From the human T2T-CHM13v2.0 reference genome, Homo sapiens, in assembly GCF_009914755.1 (NCBI RefSeq), contig NC_060926.1: a DNA stretch of 64,000 bases, one strand, 5' to 3'. The translations under genes were made by a program, and so were the position numbers. Of this stretch, positions 1-19,977 are shown piece after piece (the stretch's first letter is position 1; every line of letters begins with the position of its first letter). Below the pieces are notes generated by a model. It saw only the letters and a list, made by a program, of their open reading frames with translations. It did not search any database and was not told the origin of the DNA.

Positions 1-643
1 AACTCCAGCCTGAGTGACAGAGCAAGACTCCATCTCAAAAGAAAAAAAAAAAAAAAGAACAAACAAAAAACAAGTGATAAAATCTTTCTCAGAGTCCCAG
101 CAGACCTCTGGTATCTCATTGGCTAAAACTTTATCACATGCCTATGCCCATACCAATTGCTGGCAGGGGGAAAAAAAAATCTACCCAGAAATGACTTAAA
201 CCGATCAGGCTTGCCTCCTAGAGCTACTGATGAGGCCTATACTCTGAGCACAAGCTATGTGAGAGGATACTGGAGAAATGGAAGGGCAGGTGGGCAATTG
301 AATTCTCTGTGGCAAACAGCATCTGCCACAGATTCCCAATCACATCCACTCTGTTTGAAGATAATTAATTTAACTTTTTTTTTTTCTTGAGATAAGGTCT
401 CATTTTTTCACCCATGCTAGAGTGCAGTGGTACAATCATGGCTCACCACGGCCTCAACCTCCTGGGCTCAAGTGATCCTCCCACCTCAGCACAGACACGC
501 ACCACCAACCCCAACTAATTTTTTTTGTTTTTAATTTTTTGTAGAGACAGGGCCTCACTGTGTTGACTAGGCTTGTTTTGAACTCCTGGGCCCAAGTGAT
601 CCTCCTGCCTTGGCCTCCCAAAGTGCTGGGATTGCAGACATGA

Positions 644-898
<255 letters not shown>

Positions 899-1452
899 TG
901 AACTCCTGACCTCAGGTGATCTGCCCGCCTTGGCCTCCCAAAGTGCTGGGATTACAGGCATGAGCCACCGTGCCCGGCCTACCAAGTATGCAATTTTTAA
1001 CAATTACTAGTAATTAGGAAAATCAAATACCAGGTCCGACTGAAAGCTGAAATAATTATCTTTGAAGATTATGATTAGGAAAATAGATCTCGATGAAGTA
1101 TAGCTATGATTGAATACTATTAGACAGCTGATGAAAAAAATATGGTTCTGACCTCCTGGCTTTTGGGGCTGAATTTATCACTATAAATATGAAGGACTGA
1201 CCAGTAAGTGACCAGCAAGTGAACAGAGGGAGAGAGGAGGAGGGAAGACCTGCCCCTATGGAGCATACTCTGTGTCTGGCATCGGGCAGGGCACTTTGGA
1301 TATTCTCTCATGTCATCCCACCGACATTCAGTGGGATGAGTATCATCCCACTGCCTCAGCCTCCCAAAGTGGTTGCAGGTGTGAGCCACCACGCCCAGCT
1401 CAATTCTGATTTTTTTACTGTCATAATTCAGCTATGACAACCATCCTCATTA

Positions 1453-1776
<324 letters not shown>

Positions 1777-1996
1777 TCAATAAATTCGTTAAAAATTCTT
1801 CCAAGTTGGATGTCTTGGTCAAAGGGTATGGATACCTGAAAGGCTTATGATAGCTATTGCCAAACCAGTTGACACTCCTCTCAACGATTTTTTTAAAGGG
1901 CTTCCATTTTTCCCTGTCCTCACCAATACAGGGTTTTATCACTTAAAAAAATCACCAATTTGAGAAAAAATAAGTGTTAGAAAATATCTTATTATT

Positions 1997-2103
1997 GTGT
2001 TCGCTTTGGCAGCACATATACTAAAACTAGAACTATACAGGGAAGATTAGAATGGCCCCCGCGCAAGGATGACATGGAAATTCATGGAGTGTTCCATATT
2101 TTT
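1997..2103 (+). pseudogene. Full-length U6 snRNA retropseudogene (RNU6-like)
   Basis: GTGTTCGCTTTGGCAGCACATATACTAAAA...GCGCAAGGATGAC...GTTCCATATTTTT aligns end to end with U6. ACAGAGA box mutated to ACAGGGA and AGC triad to AGA; followed by A-rich sequence; no recognisable PSE/TATA upstream. Confidence 0.95.
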
Positions 2104-2141
2104 AAAAAATGTCTAAAATTTTAGGGCAGGTGCGGTGGCTA

Positions 2142-2621
<480 letters not shown>

Positions 2622-4141
2622 TCAGGAGGCTGAGATGAGAGAATCACTTGAGTCCAGGAAGTCGAGGCTGCAGTGAGCTGGGGTCGTACCACTGCACTCC
2701 AGCCTGGGTGACAGAACAAGACCCCGTTTCAAAAACAAAAAGGAAGAAGAAAATAGCTATTAATTCTGTTTTAATAAGTACAATACATGGAACATAATTG
2801 AATCTTGCAGTTAAGTTGTGATTATGAACATTAGTTTTCTGTGTACTGCTCTGTAGAGTGGTCTAATGGGTTGTAGTGTGAAGGTTATACATAAAAAAAA
2901 GCATCAGGCCTCCAAAGGAACTCTGTGTTTATGAGTTAGCAGTGAGGAGACTTGGATTCTGGTCCTAGCTAGCCGTGTTTCCTTAAGCAAGTGTTATATT
3001 CTCAGTAATTTACTTTAAATACCTCGGAAGGGCCAGTGGGAAGCTTATCTGTGTGTGTGACTTAACTTGAATGTGTGCCATGGAGAGCGTCCCTCCAGTG
3101 GCCATTGTGGCAAGCACTGCAGATGTTGCCTTCTAAATCAGTACCAGAGGGTTCATTAGTTAGTATAAGGAATGTCGAAATAATTTTTCCTTGATGAAAT
3201 GAATGGTATGCAAGATATGAGGCCAACAGATTGTACAGGCATCTCTCTGCCTTTTTATGAACAAGTTAAGAGGCAAGCCCAGCAATGTAACATTTCTGGA
3301 GCGGTGCCCTGGGCTCGATCTCCATTTTTTCCGGAATCCCCCACTCAACCAAGGATTTTGTTGCTTGATCTGGCTGGAAGGATCACTGACTGTCATTATA
3401 ACATAGAGGCCTTGCCCATTAATATTAAATAATGTTTAATGGAAAGGAAACTTGCAGTGCAGAGAGATTGCCCAGGCCTGTGTTGCTGTAAAATGCATGC
3501 CATTTCTACTGCAGTGCTTGATACCCCTCTGTTGTTAATTGAATTATGTCCCTGCCAAATTCTAATGTTGAAGCTGTAGCCCCCAATGTGACTGTATTTC
3601 CCATCTTTCTCCTCCTAGCCTTCATCGAAATGCAGACATAATTTGGTCTGTTTCTCAAATCGGTGGAAGTTTTGTCATCTTAATTACCTACCCAGCTCCA
3701 TTACAGGTTTAAAAACATAATATAAGATATGTTTCAAGGGGCTTCTCATCAGGCCCATTAATTGACACTGCCATGAAATCAACACAGCCTTTAAGTGCAG
3801 TCCATAACCATGGAAATGAAGTTTGCTTCAGATAAACCAAAATTCTCAGAGAAGACAAATGTGCCATCAGCAGATCCATTACCAAGAAGTGTCCTGTGTA
3901 ATGACACTTTTTCATGCATCAAACTAAGCATAATGATGCTTTCCCTATCTCTGTCCATGTAACTGTTGCTCTCTGTGGGAAAATTATCCACTCATCTTGT
4001 CTGTACCTGTAGACAGTGAAGGAAGGAGGAGAGCTGAGCAATTTCTTTGGAATTAGCTCCCCAAATTATGGAATGTTTATTCTCAGACATCTTCCGGAAA
4101 CAGATAACCATTTGGCTCCGGGTGATTTTAACATCAATTGA

Positions 4142-4463
<322 letters not shown>

Positions 4464-4921
4464 TGATCTATTTTATTTTATTTTTTTTGGTGGGGGGGCG
4501 GGCGGGGGATGGAGTTTCACTCTTGTTACCCAGGCTGGAGTGCAGTGGCGCGATCTCGGCTCACTGCAACCTCCGTCTCTAGTGTTGAAGCAATTCTCCT
4601 GCCTCAGCCTCCCAAGTAGCTCAAGTGATCCACCCACCTCGGCCTCCCAAAGTGCTGGGATTACAAGTGTGAGCCACTGCACCCGGCCGACCTGATCGAT
4701 TTTAAAAGTTCCTTCTAGCACTATGGTTTTGTGATTTTAATCTCTAAGGAAAATGTTCTTTGATGCCCAGAGGTTAATTCTAATTTGATGTGATGCCAGA
4801 CTGCAAAGTTATAGCTAATGTTGGACACATAGCCTTATGCAAATTTTCAAAACCCCAAACTTAATGTAACTGTTAGTATTGAAATCAATTTTAATTCATA
4901 TCACTTTGTATTTAATTATAG

Positions 4922-5030
4922 GTAATCTTTAGATGGTGGAAGATCTCTCTAAGGAGTGAGTATCGATCAACAAAACCTGGAGAAGCAAAAGAAACCCATG
5001 AAGACTTCCTAGAGAATTCACATCTTCAAG
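4922..5030 (+). CDS. FBXO36: FBXO36 internal coding exon (exon 2), 109 nt
   Basis: tag|GTAATC acceptor and CAAG|gtaagg donor. Translates VIFRWWKISLRSEYRSTKPGEAKETHEDFLENSHLQ(G), which I recognise as human FBXO36. Ends in phase 1, matching the next exon. Confidence 0.95.
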
Positions 5031-5393
5031 GTAAGGAATGGAACATATTATATACCCCTGTTAAGTTCTCATTAGTTAGTGGTAGATTTTGTTAAAGAAG
5101 TTTCAAATATATTTTCACTTGAAATATTGATATGCAGTTATGTACTTACATATACAATGTTAGATTCTTAAAAACTAGAAAACTGTTGTTTTTTTCTCTT
5201 GGAAAACATATTAGCATTTGGCCGGGCGCGGTCGCTCATGCCTGTAATCCCAACACTTTGGGAGGCCGAGGCGGGTGGATCATGATGTCAGGAGTTCGAG
5301 ACCAGCCTGGCCAAGATGGTGAAACCCTGTCTCTACTAAAAATACAAAAATTAGCCGGGCATGTTGGCACATGCCTGTTATCCTAGCTACTCA

Positions 5394-5498
<105 letters not shown>

Positions 5499-5589
5499 TT
5501 AAAAAAAAAAAAGATCCTAGGTTAACATGTGGACTCCATTAATGAAGTTAAAATCAAGTAAATATAGTTTTATGCTATAATATTTATGA

Positions 5590-6076
5590 ATTGGGCAGTG
5601 GCAAACAACCAAGTGGTTTGGGCTTTACTGGCAAGGGCTTGAGGGAAAACTTTTATACGGTGTTTTCTGAAGGAAGACAAAATATTTGATTGGTTACAGT
5701 GGAAATTCCCTGGTTAGAGGTTAGTTGGCAGTTTCTGACTGGTAAAGTCTCTGGTTAGAGGTTAGTTGGCGGTTTCTGACTGGGTAAAGAGAAATTTCCT
5801 TTTCCTATGCTACAACCATCTATATTTAAAAAACATTTTTTTTATTAAAAAAAAATTTTGTAGAGCCAGGGTCTCACTATGTTGCTCAGGCTGTTCTTGA
5901 ACTCCTGGCCTCAAGTGATCCTCCTGCTTCAGCCTCCCAAAGTGCTGGATTACAGGCATGAGCCACTGCACCTGGCCCAACCATCTGTTCTGAGTTGGGT
6001 TTCAGTTTGCTTGCATAAGAACTCAGGACACTGGAGACGTCTAAGCCCAATTGCTTCCCAATTAATTATTTTAACA
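5590..6076 (-). mobile_element. ERV1 LTR fragment (MER31/MER67-like), with an Alu monomer inside
   Basis: Ends cccaattaattattttaaca, i.e. minus-strand TGTTAAAATAATTAATTGGG LTR start. Confidence 0.55.
5710..5789 (+). repeat. Two-copy tandem duplication, 41-bp period
   Basis: ctggttagaggttagttggcagtttctgactggtaaag (5710-5747) repeated at 5751-5789 with 2 differences. Confidence 0.95.
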
Positions 6077-6150
6077 CTTCTCAATATGAAAAATTCAAAC
6101 ATAAAAAGCAGACAGAATGGTTTTGTTTTTTGTTTTTTGTTTTTTTTTGA

Positions 6151-6503
<353 letters not shown>

Positions 6504-6731
6504 TAGATGAAACCCACTGTTCCCACTGGATTATTGTGAAGCAAATCCCAATTGTTAATGTCGTTTAATCTTAATCTACTTTAGAATGTGTCTCTCAAGG
6601 GACTTTCTTCGACTAAACTCTTTAATAATTACTCCTTAAAAATAAAAATTTGCCAGGTGCAGTGGTTCATACCTGTAATCCTTGCACTTTGGGAGGCCAA
6701 TGTGGAAGGATTAGTTGGGCCCAGGAGTTCA

Positions 6732-7115
<384 letters not shown>

Positions 7116-7161
7116 TTAGCTGGGCATGATGGTGGTGGGTGCCCGTAATCCTAGCCACTCA

Positions 7162-7266
<105 letters not shown>

Positions 7267-7571
7267 TCAAAAAATAATAATAATAATAATAGTAATATTT
7301 TAAAGCTAGAAGACACCTTAGAGATTCTTATTATAGTTAACAATGTTATTTCTATTAATATCAAGTACTTTCACTCTCATTTTATTGTTATAACATCCTT
7401 GTGAAATAAATATTATTGCCATGAAATTCAGAAAGGAGGATCTTACAGCTAAATACTGACATTGCCAGGACTAAGCATTGAAACTCAAAAAAATCAAGCA
7501 CGATAATCTCATTTAGAAGGCAAACTCTGAGTGGATCTTTGATAATCAACACTCTTTAAAAAATTCCATTA

Positions 7572-7763
<192 letters not shown>

Positions 7764-8009
7764 TCACTTGAACCTGGGAGGTGGAGGTTGAAGTGAGCAG
7801 AGATCGTGCCACTGCATTCCAGCCTGGGCAACAGAGTGATACTCTGTCTCAAAAAAAAAAAAAAAAATCCATTATTTAACAATAATAGTATGCAATAGGC
7901 CAGGTGTGGTGGTTCACACTTGTCATTCTAGCACTTTGGGAGGCTGAAGTGGGAGGATTTCTTGAGCCCAGGAGTTTAAGACTAGCCTGGGCAACATGGC
8001 AAGACTCCA

Positions 8010-8160
8010 TATAAATATATATAGTGTGTGTGTATATATATATATATGTATGTGATAGTTTTGTTTTATGTATGTGTGTGTATATATATATATAAATGTG
8101 ATAGTTTGTTGTTGTTTTTTGTTTTGTTTAGAGAGGGAAGGTTTTGTTTTGTTTTGCTTT
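8010..8160. repeat. (TG)n/(TA)n unit duplicated twice, followed by TTTTG-type repeats
   Basis: gtgtgtgtatatatata...atgtgatagttt occurs twice in tandem. Confidence 0.85.
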
Positions 8161-10456
8161 CTTAAATAGTTAAAAGTTGGGCTGGGTGCAGTGGCTCATA
8201 CCTATAATCCCAGCACTTTGGGAGGCAGACGCAGGTGGATCACCTGAGGTCAGGTGTTTGAGACCAGCTTGGCCAACATGGTGAAACCCTGTCTCTACTA
8301 AAAGTACAAAAATTAGCCGGGTGTGGTTGTGCAAGCCTGTAATCCCAGCTACTTGGGAAGCTGAGGCAGGAGAATCACTTGAACCCGGGAGGCGGAGTTA
8401 AAAAAAAAAAAAGTCTGCTGGATTGAGTGGTTCACTGTCTTACTATCTGTATGCAATATCATTAACTCCTTTATGGCAAATATTTATAAAATTCATTGTT
8501 GGCTTAAGAACAACCATGTCAAATAATGAAAAAGAGAAGAAAATGTGACTGAGATTAGAAGAAAAAAAAAAGAACAATCATATTGGCAGAAGACTATTTA
8601 CTTTTGATTGAATTTCAGTCAGCCCAGGCATGCCTAACTTTAACTGTGGACCAGACATGTTTCTATGCAGCTCACTATAAAGTAAACTTCCATAAAACAC
8701 ATTTCATTTTCAAGTTAACATTCGTTTTTTTTGTTTTTTGTTTTTTTGAGACAGAGTCTTGCTCTGTCGCCTAGGGTGGACGGCAGTGGCACGATCTCAG
8801 CTCACTGCAACCTCCACCTCCCAAGTTTAAGCAGTTCTCATGCCACAGAGCCCCCGCCCCTGCCCCTGAATAGCTGGGACTACAGGCACACACCACCACA
8901 CCTGGCTAATTTTTGTATTTTTAGTAGAGATGAGGTTTCATCATGTTGGCCAGGCTGGTCTCGAACTCCTGGCCTCAAGTGATCTGGCTGCCTCGGCCTC
9001 CCAAAGTGCCGGGGATTATAGATGTGAGCCACGGCGCCCTGCCTCCATTTTATTTTCTAACCACTGTAGGACCTTCCCCAGAGCTATGTGTCTAGTTAAT
9101 GCTGCATTGTTCCTTGAGACCATGTGGTTTTCTGATTGTCTTCCACAAAAACCTGGAGATGGGGATTTGGGCCAGAGATGGGAGTCAAAAGCCTCCCACT
9201 GCCTTCTGATTGCTGGCTTACTTGCAGACCTCACCAGTCTCTTGCCTGCTCCAGGCACCTTCCAAGCCCTGCCCTTGATAAGAGATTGGGGGGAGGGGTC
9301 AAGCTCCTGATAAGATACTGGGGGAGGGGATTCACTTCAGGATAACTACTTGAGGGGTTCTGATACTGGAAGAGAAAAGGCAATATAGCGAAGATTTTAT
9401 GAGTCTGACAGCAGGCCTGCCTCCCTGCTGGCTGTGTTCCTGCTGGACAGCAGGAGAGTTGAGGGATTCAGCCAAGGCATGTACTAACCAGGCTTTTTAA
9501 ATGGTAGTTTACAGAGCTGCAGTCTCGGGGCTGCCAGGTGGTTTCCCGCCAGCAGCAGCACTGTGATACCAAATTAAATCAGCCCGGCAAGTTCAAAGGC
9601 TCCTGTGTCTCTAAGGGGAAAACTCCAAACCATGGTGTTGGTAGTCTCTGTACACCCCCTTCTTAGAGAATCCTTCAGGAAGTCCTCTGTCTTCAGAGGA
9701 AGGAGGAGGGTTCATGGTAGCACAGACTGGGACTCAGTAAGCTGGCGTTGAAATCTCTGTCCTGCCACCAGCCCGCTGTGTGATCACAGCTGATTGCTCC
9801 TCCCCTCTGTGAGTCAGTTTCCTCATCCTTAACTGGAGATAATGGTTACTCCATATAGCCACGGTGAGCATTCAATGGCCTGATACAAAGTCAGGCGCAG
9901 TGGCTCACGCCTGTAATCCCAACTACTTGGGAGGCTGAAGTGAGAGGATCACTAGAGGCCAGAAGTTTGAGACCAGCCTGGGTAACACAGTGAGACCACC
10001 CCCCCATCTCTAAAAAAAACTTTAACAAAATGAAAAGCAAGACAAAATACCTGATATATGAACAGATTTTTTTTTTTTGAGACAGGATCTCACTCTGCTG
10101 CCTAGGCTGGAGTGCAGTAGCACGATCACGCTCACTGCAACTTTCACCTGCCAGGCTTAAGCGGATCACTTGAAGCCAGGAGTTCGAGACCAACCTGGCA
10201 AACATGGCAAAACCCTGTTTCTACAAAAAATACAAAAATTGGCTGGGCGTGGTGGTGCCTGCCTGCCCAGTTACTCAGGAGGCTGAGGTGGAAGGATCAC
10301 CTGAGCCTGGGAGGTCCAGGCTGTAGTGCGCTGTGATTGTGCCACTATACTCCAACCTGGGTGACAGAATGAGACCCTGTCTCAAAAAAAAAAAAAAAGA
10401 AAGAAAGAAAAAGGAAAAGAAAAAAAAAATTCCCAGCATGTCCTTATGGTTTGCTG

Positions 10457-10690
10457 TTGTATTAGTCTGTTCTCACATTGCTATAAGGAAATACCTGAGA
10501 ATGGATAATTTATAAAGAAAGGAGGTTTAATTGGCTCATGGTTTTGCAGGCTGTACAGAAAGCATAGCAGCTTGTTTTTGGGGAGGCCCCAAGAAGCTTC
10601 CAGTCATGGTGGAAGGCAAAGAGGGAGCAGGTGTCTTACATGGCAGGAGCAGGAACAAGAGAGTGACAGGGTGAGGTGCCACACACTTGA
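10457..10690 (-). mobile_element. MSTA/MSTB (MaLR) LTR fragment
   Basis: tgtattagtctgttctcacattgctataaggaaatacctgag...ggtttaattggctcatgg...ggtggaaggcaaagagggagcagg. Confidence 0.8.
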
Positions 10691-10828
<138 letters not shown>

Positions 10829-11004
10829 TAAGTAGCTGGGACTACAGGCATGTGCCACCATGCCTGGCTAATTTTTTTGTATTTTTTGTAGAGATGGGGT
10901 TTCACTCTGTTGTCCAGGCTGCTTTCAAACTCCTGAGCTCAAGCAATCTGCCTGCCTTGGCCTCCCGTAGTGCTGGGATTACATGCGTGGGCCACTGTGC
11001 CCAG

Positions 11005-11598
11005 CCTCCTTCCTCTATCTGCAAAGCCAACAATGGCAGGTCTTGTCTTTCTCACGAGGCATCACTCTCACCTTGCCTCCGTGGTCATGTCTCCTTCTCT
11101 GACTATGACTCTCCTGCCTTCGTCTTTCCCTTATAAGGAACTTTGTGATGACATTAGGCTCACCAGATAATCCAGGATTATCTCCCATCTCAAGATCCTT
11201 AATTTGGCTGGGCACAGTGGCTCACACCAGTAATCCTAGCACTTTGGGAGGCTGAGGCGGGTGGATTACTTGAGGTTAGGAGTTTGAGACCAGCCTGGCC
11301 AACATGGTGAAACCTCGTCTCTACTAAAAATACAAAATTTAGCCAGGCATGGTGGTGGGCACCTGTAATCCCAGCTACTTGGGAGGCTGAGGGAGGAGAA
11401 TCGCTTGAAACTGGGAGGCAGAAGTGGCAGTGACCCAAGACAGAGCAAGAGCTTGTCTCAAAAAAAAAAAAAAAAAAAAGGATCCTTAATTTAATCACAT
11501 CTGCACAGTTACTTTTGCCGTGTGAGGTCCCATATTCACAGGGTCTGGAGATTAGGACATGGACATCTTTGGGGACGGGCATTATTATGTCTACCACA
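11005..11598 (-). mobile_element. MLT1 LTR fragment split by an Alu
   Basis: ttgtgatgacattaggctcaccagataatccagga...ttaatcacatctgca...gattaggacatggacatcttt...ctaccaca; Alu TSD gatccttaattt. Confidence 0.75.
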
Positions 11599-11730
11599 GT
11601 GATTTATATTACTAAATTGCAAAATCAAAAACGTTGCTGAATTTTTTTAACAGATTTGCATTTTTATTTTATTTATTTTTGAGACAGGATCTCACTCTGT
11701 TGCCCAGGCTGGAGTGCAGTAGTGCAATCA

Positions 11731-12093
<363 letters not shown>

Positions 12094-12766
12094 TCAGCCT
12101 CCTGAGTATCTGGGAGTGCAGGTGCACACCACCATGCCCAGCCAATTTAATTATTTTTATTTTTTAGTAGAGATGAGGTCTTGCTATGTTGCCCAGGCTG
12201 GTCTCAAACTCCTGAGCTCAAGCAATCCTACCTGCCTTGGCATCCCAAAGTGCTGGGATTACAGGTATGAGCCACTCAGCCTGGCCCAGGTTTGCATTTT
12301 TAAGAATCAAAACTGTCATGTTTATTAATTTAAACATTACTCTTAACACTACCAAGTATACAGAACTGTTAGCATGTGAATAAGAATGTTGCTTAATACA
12401 GACTACTTCCATTCCAATCCTGGCCCTAAACCCACTAGGTATGTGACCTTAACCAAATTATTTAATCTTTTTAGGTCTCAGTTCCCTCAACTGCTGATAA
12501 TGGGAATAATAATGGCATCTATCTCACAGGATCCTTATGAGGACTAATTGAATGAAGTGCTTAGAATTTGCCTGGCACATAATAAGTACTCAAAAAATTC
12601 CAGCTGTTGGAGTTTTTAATATTTAAAAAGTGAAAATTGTTTCTCTCCTCCAAGCTCCCTTCCCCAGAGACGACCATTCTAAATAGTTTCATTTGTATTT
12701 GAATTCTTTCTGTTTGAATTGTATATATGTTTATAAAAATAAAATCAGGTTGGGCGCGGTGGCTCA

Positions 12767-13369
<603 letters not shown>

Positions 13370-14453
13370 TAATCTTTAGGTTTTTAACTTGTTTTGCTCT
13401 TCATATATTATGATTATTTTTCTGTTAGTGTACATAAAGTCCCCTGTTCTTTTGCAAGGATGTATGGTATTCTGTGGGTACAAATACACAATCCTCAATT
13501 GATGGGCATTTTCGGATGGTTTCCAGGTTTTGCTGTTCTCACTGAAGCCTTTAGGTACATGCTGGGACATCTATATCTGCACACTTACATGAGAATGTCA
13601 GTAATATGGATTCCTACAGGGGGAATTGCTATATCCAAAGAGATATACCTTATAAATTTTGATAGATTTTATCTGAGGGGTGCATTCTTGAAAATCTTGC
13701 AGAATTCAGGGTTAACGTGACCAAGGATGGTCTTTCTGTGAACTGGCTCGCATGCCACTGCCACAGGATGCAGCGCAAATGGCATTTGCAACACATTTGA
13801 CCTTAATAATTATGCCAACTTTATAATTATGCTACTCTTGAAAGAATTTTAAGTTGTGTGATTTACATTATTTTAACATTTGCACCTAAAATGAGACTTC
13901 ATTAATATTTTGATGTCACAATATTTCAATTTAGAGTAATTTAAAATTTACGTAAAATACCAGTTACTTTCTTATCCTCACAAATTGCCCTCCAAAAAAC
14001 TGCTGTGTTAATTATACTCCATCCAATAGGAGGTAGGTGTTTTCTTACCCCTTTTGCCACCATGCCTTGTTCCATAATCCATTTTCTCTAGGTTTCTTTT
14101 TTAGACTTATACGTCAGCCTTTAACTTGGGCCTTTATTTTCTCATTCCTAACTAACACCTCTTACAACACTCCTCCCCTCCTTGCTGCCCTCTCTGATCA
14201 GCTGCCCTTTGTCTTCAGCCTTGATCTCTAGCTTCTGCATACCTTGGGTTGGGTTCTGCAAGTGGATGGTGAGGTGGGAGAGTGCAGGAGGTAGGAGCCT
14301 GGGAGGCTGGCTCTGGGCTGCAGAGCAGAGAAGGCAAATCCAAATAAAATCTTACATTTTGTCATTTATTATTAACTGATGTTTTAAGATTAAAAATTGA
14401 AATAATGCACATAGTAAAACAAAAGTTAAATGAATTTGAAAAGTTTTAGGTTA

Positions 14454-14561
<108 letters not shown>

Positions 14562-15256
14562 CTATACAAAATTAAAAAAATTAGCTGGGCATGGTGGCAT
14601 ATGCCTGTAGTCCCAGCTACTTGGGAGTCTGAGGTGGGAGGATGGCTTGAGCTAGGAGGTCAAAGCTGTAGCTAGCCATGATTGTGCCACTATACTCCAG
14701 GCTGGGGGACAGGATGAGACCCTGTCTCAAAACAAATAAATAAATACAATAAAAATGAAAAGTTTTAGCATGAAAATAAGTCTCCCTCTGACCCTGTGTT
14801 TCTAGTTCCAGGACAACCATCATTAGGAGTTTCTGTTATATCCTTATAAAAATGGTTTATGCATACATACAAGAATATGTTATATATTAACACAAAAAGG
14901 ACTGGGCAATGTAGCTCACACCTGTAATCTGAGGACTTTGGGAGGCCGAGGCTGGAGGATCACTTGAGCCCAAGCAGTTCACGACCAGTCTGGGCAATGT
15001 GATGAAACCCTGTCTGTATAAAAAATGCAAAAATTAACTGGGTGTGGATTCACGTTCACCTGTGGTCCCATCTGCTGGGGAGGCTGAAGTGGGAGGATCA
15101 CTTGTATACAAGAGGTCACGGCTGCTGTGATTGTGCTACTACACTCCAGTATGGGCAACAGAGTGAGACCCTATCTTAAAATAAATAAATAAGTAAAATA
15201 AAATAAACATAAAAATTTTTTTTTTTTTTTTTTGGAGACAGAGTCTCCCTCTGTAG

Positions 15257-15752
<496 letters not shown>

Positions 15753-16019
15753 TTAGCCAGGCGTGTTGGCGCACAACTGTAATCCCAGCTACTTGGGAGG
15801 CTGAGTCGTTTGAACCCAGGAGACAGAGGCTGCAGTGAGTCAAGATTGTGGCCATTGCACTCCAGCCTGGGCAACAGAGCGAGACTCCATCTCAAAAAAA
15901 AAAAAAAAAGAACGTTACAGAGACTCAATACCACTAACAAAAGATGTTAACATTTGTCCTATTTACTTCATTTCATCTAAATTGTCACTTTTTTGTTGTA
16001 ATCTGTTCATAATATCCTC

Positions 16020-19970
<3,951 letters not shown>

Positions 19971-19977
19971 TTCCCAG

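Noticed and set aside
1997-2103. Functional U6 gene
   Set aside because: ACAGAGA box and AGC triad mutated; no Pol III upstream promoter.
3709-3991. Overlapping minus-strand ORFs in unique sequence, considered as a processed pseudogene
   Set aside because: No recognisable protein, poly(A) tail or TSD; would need a translated search.
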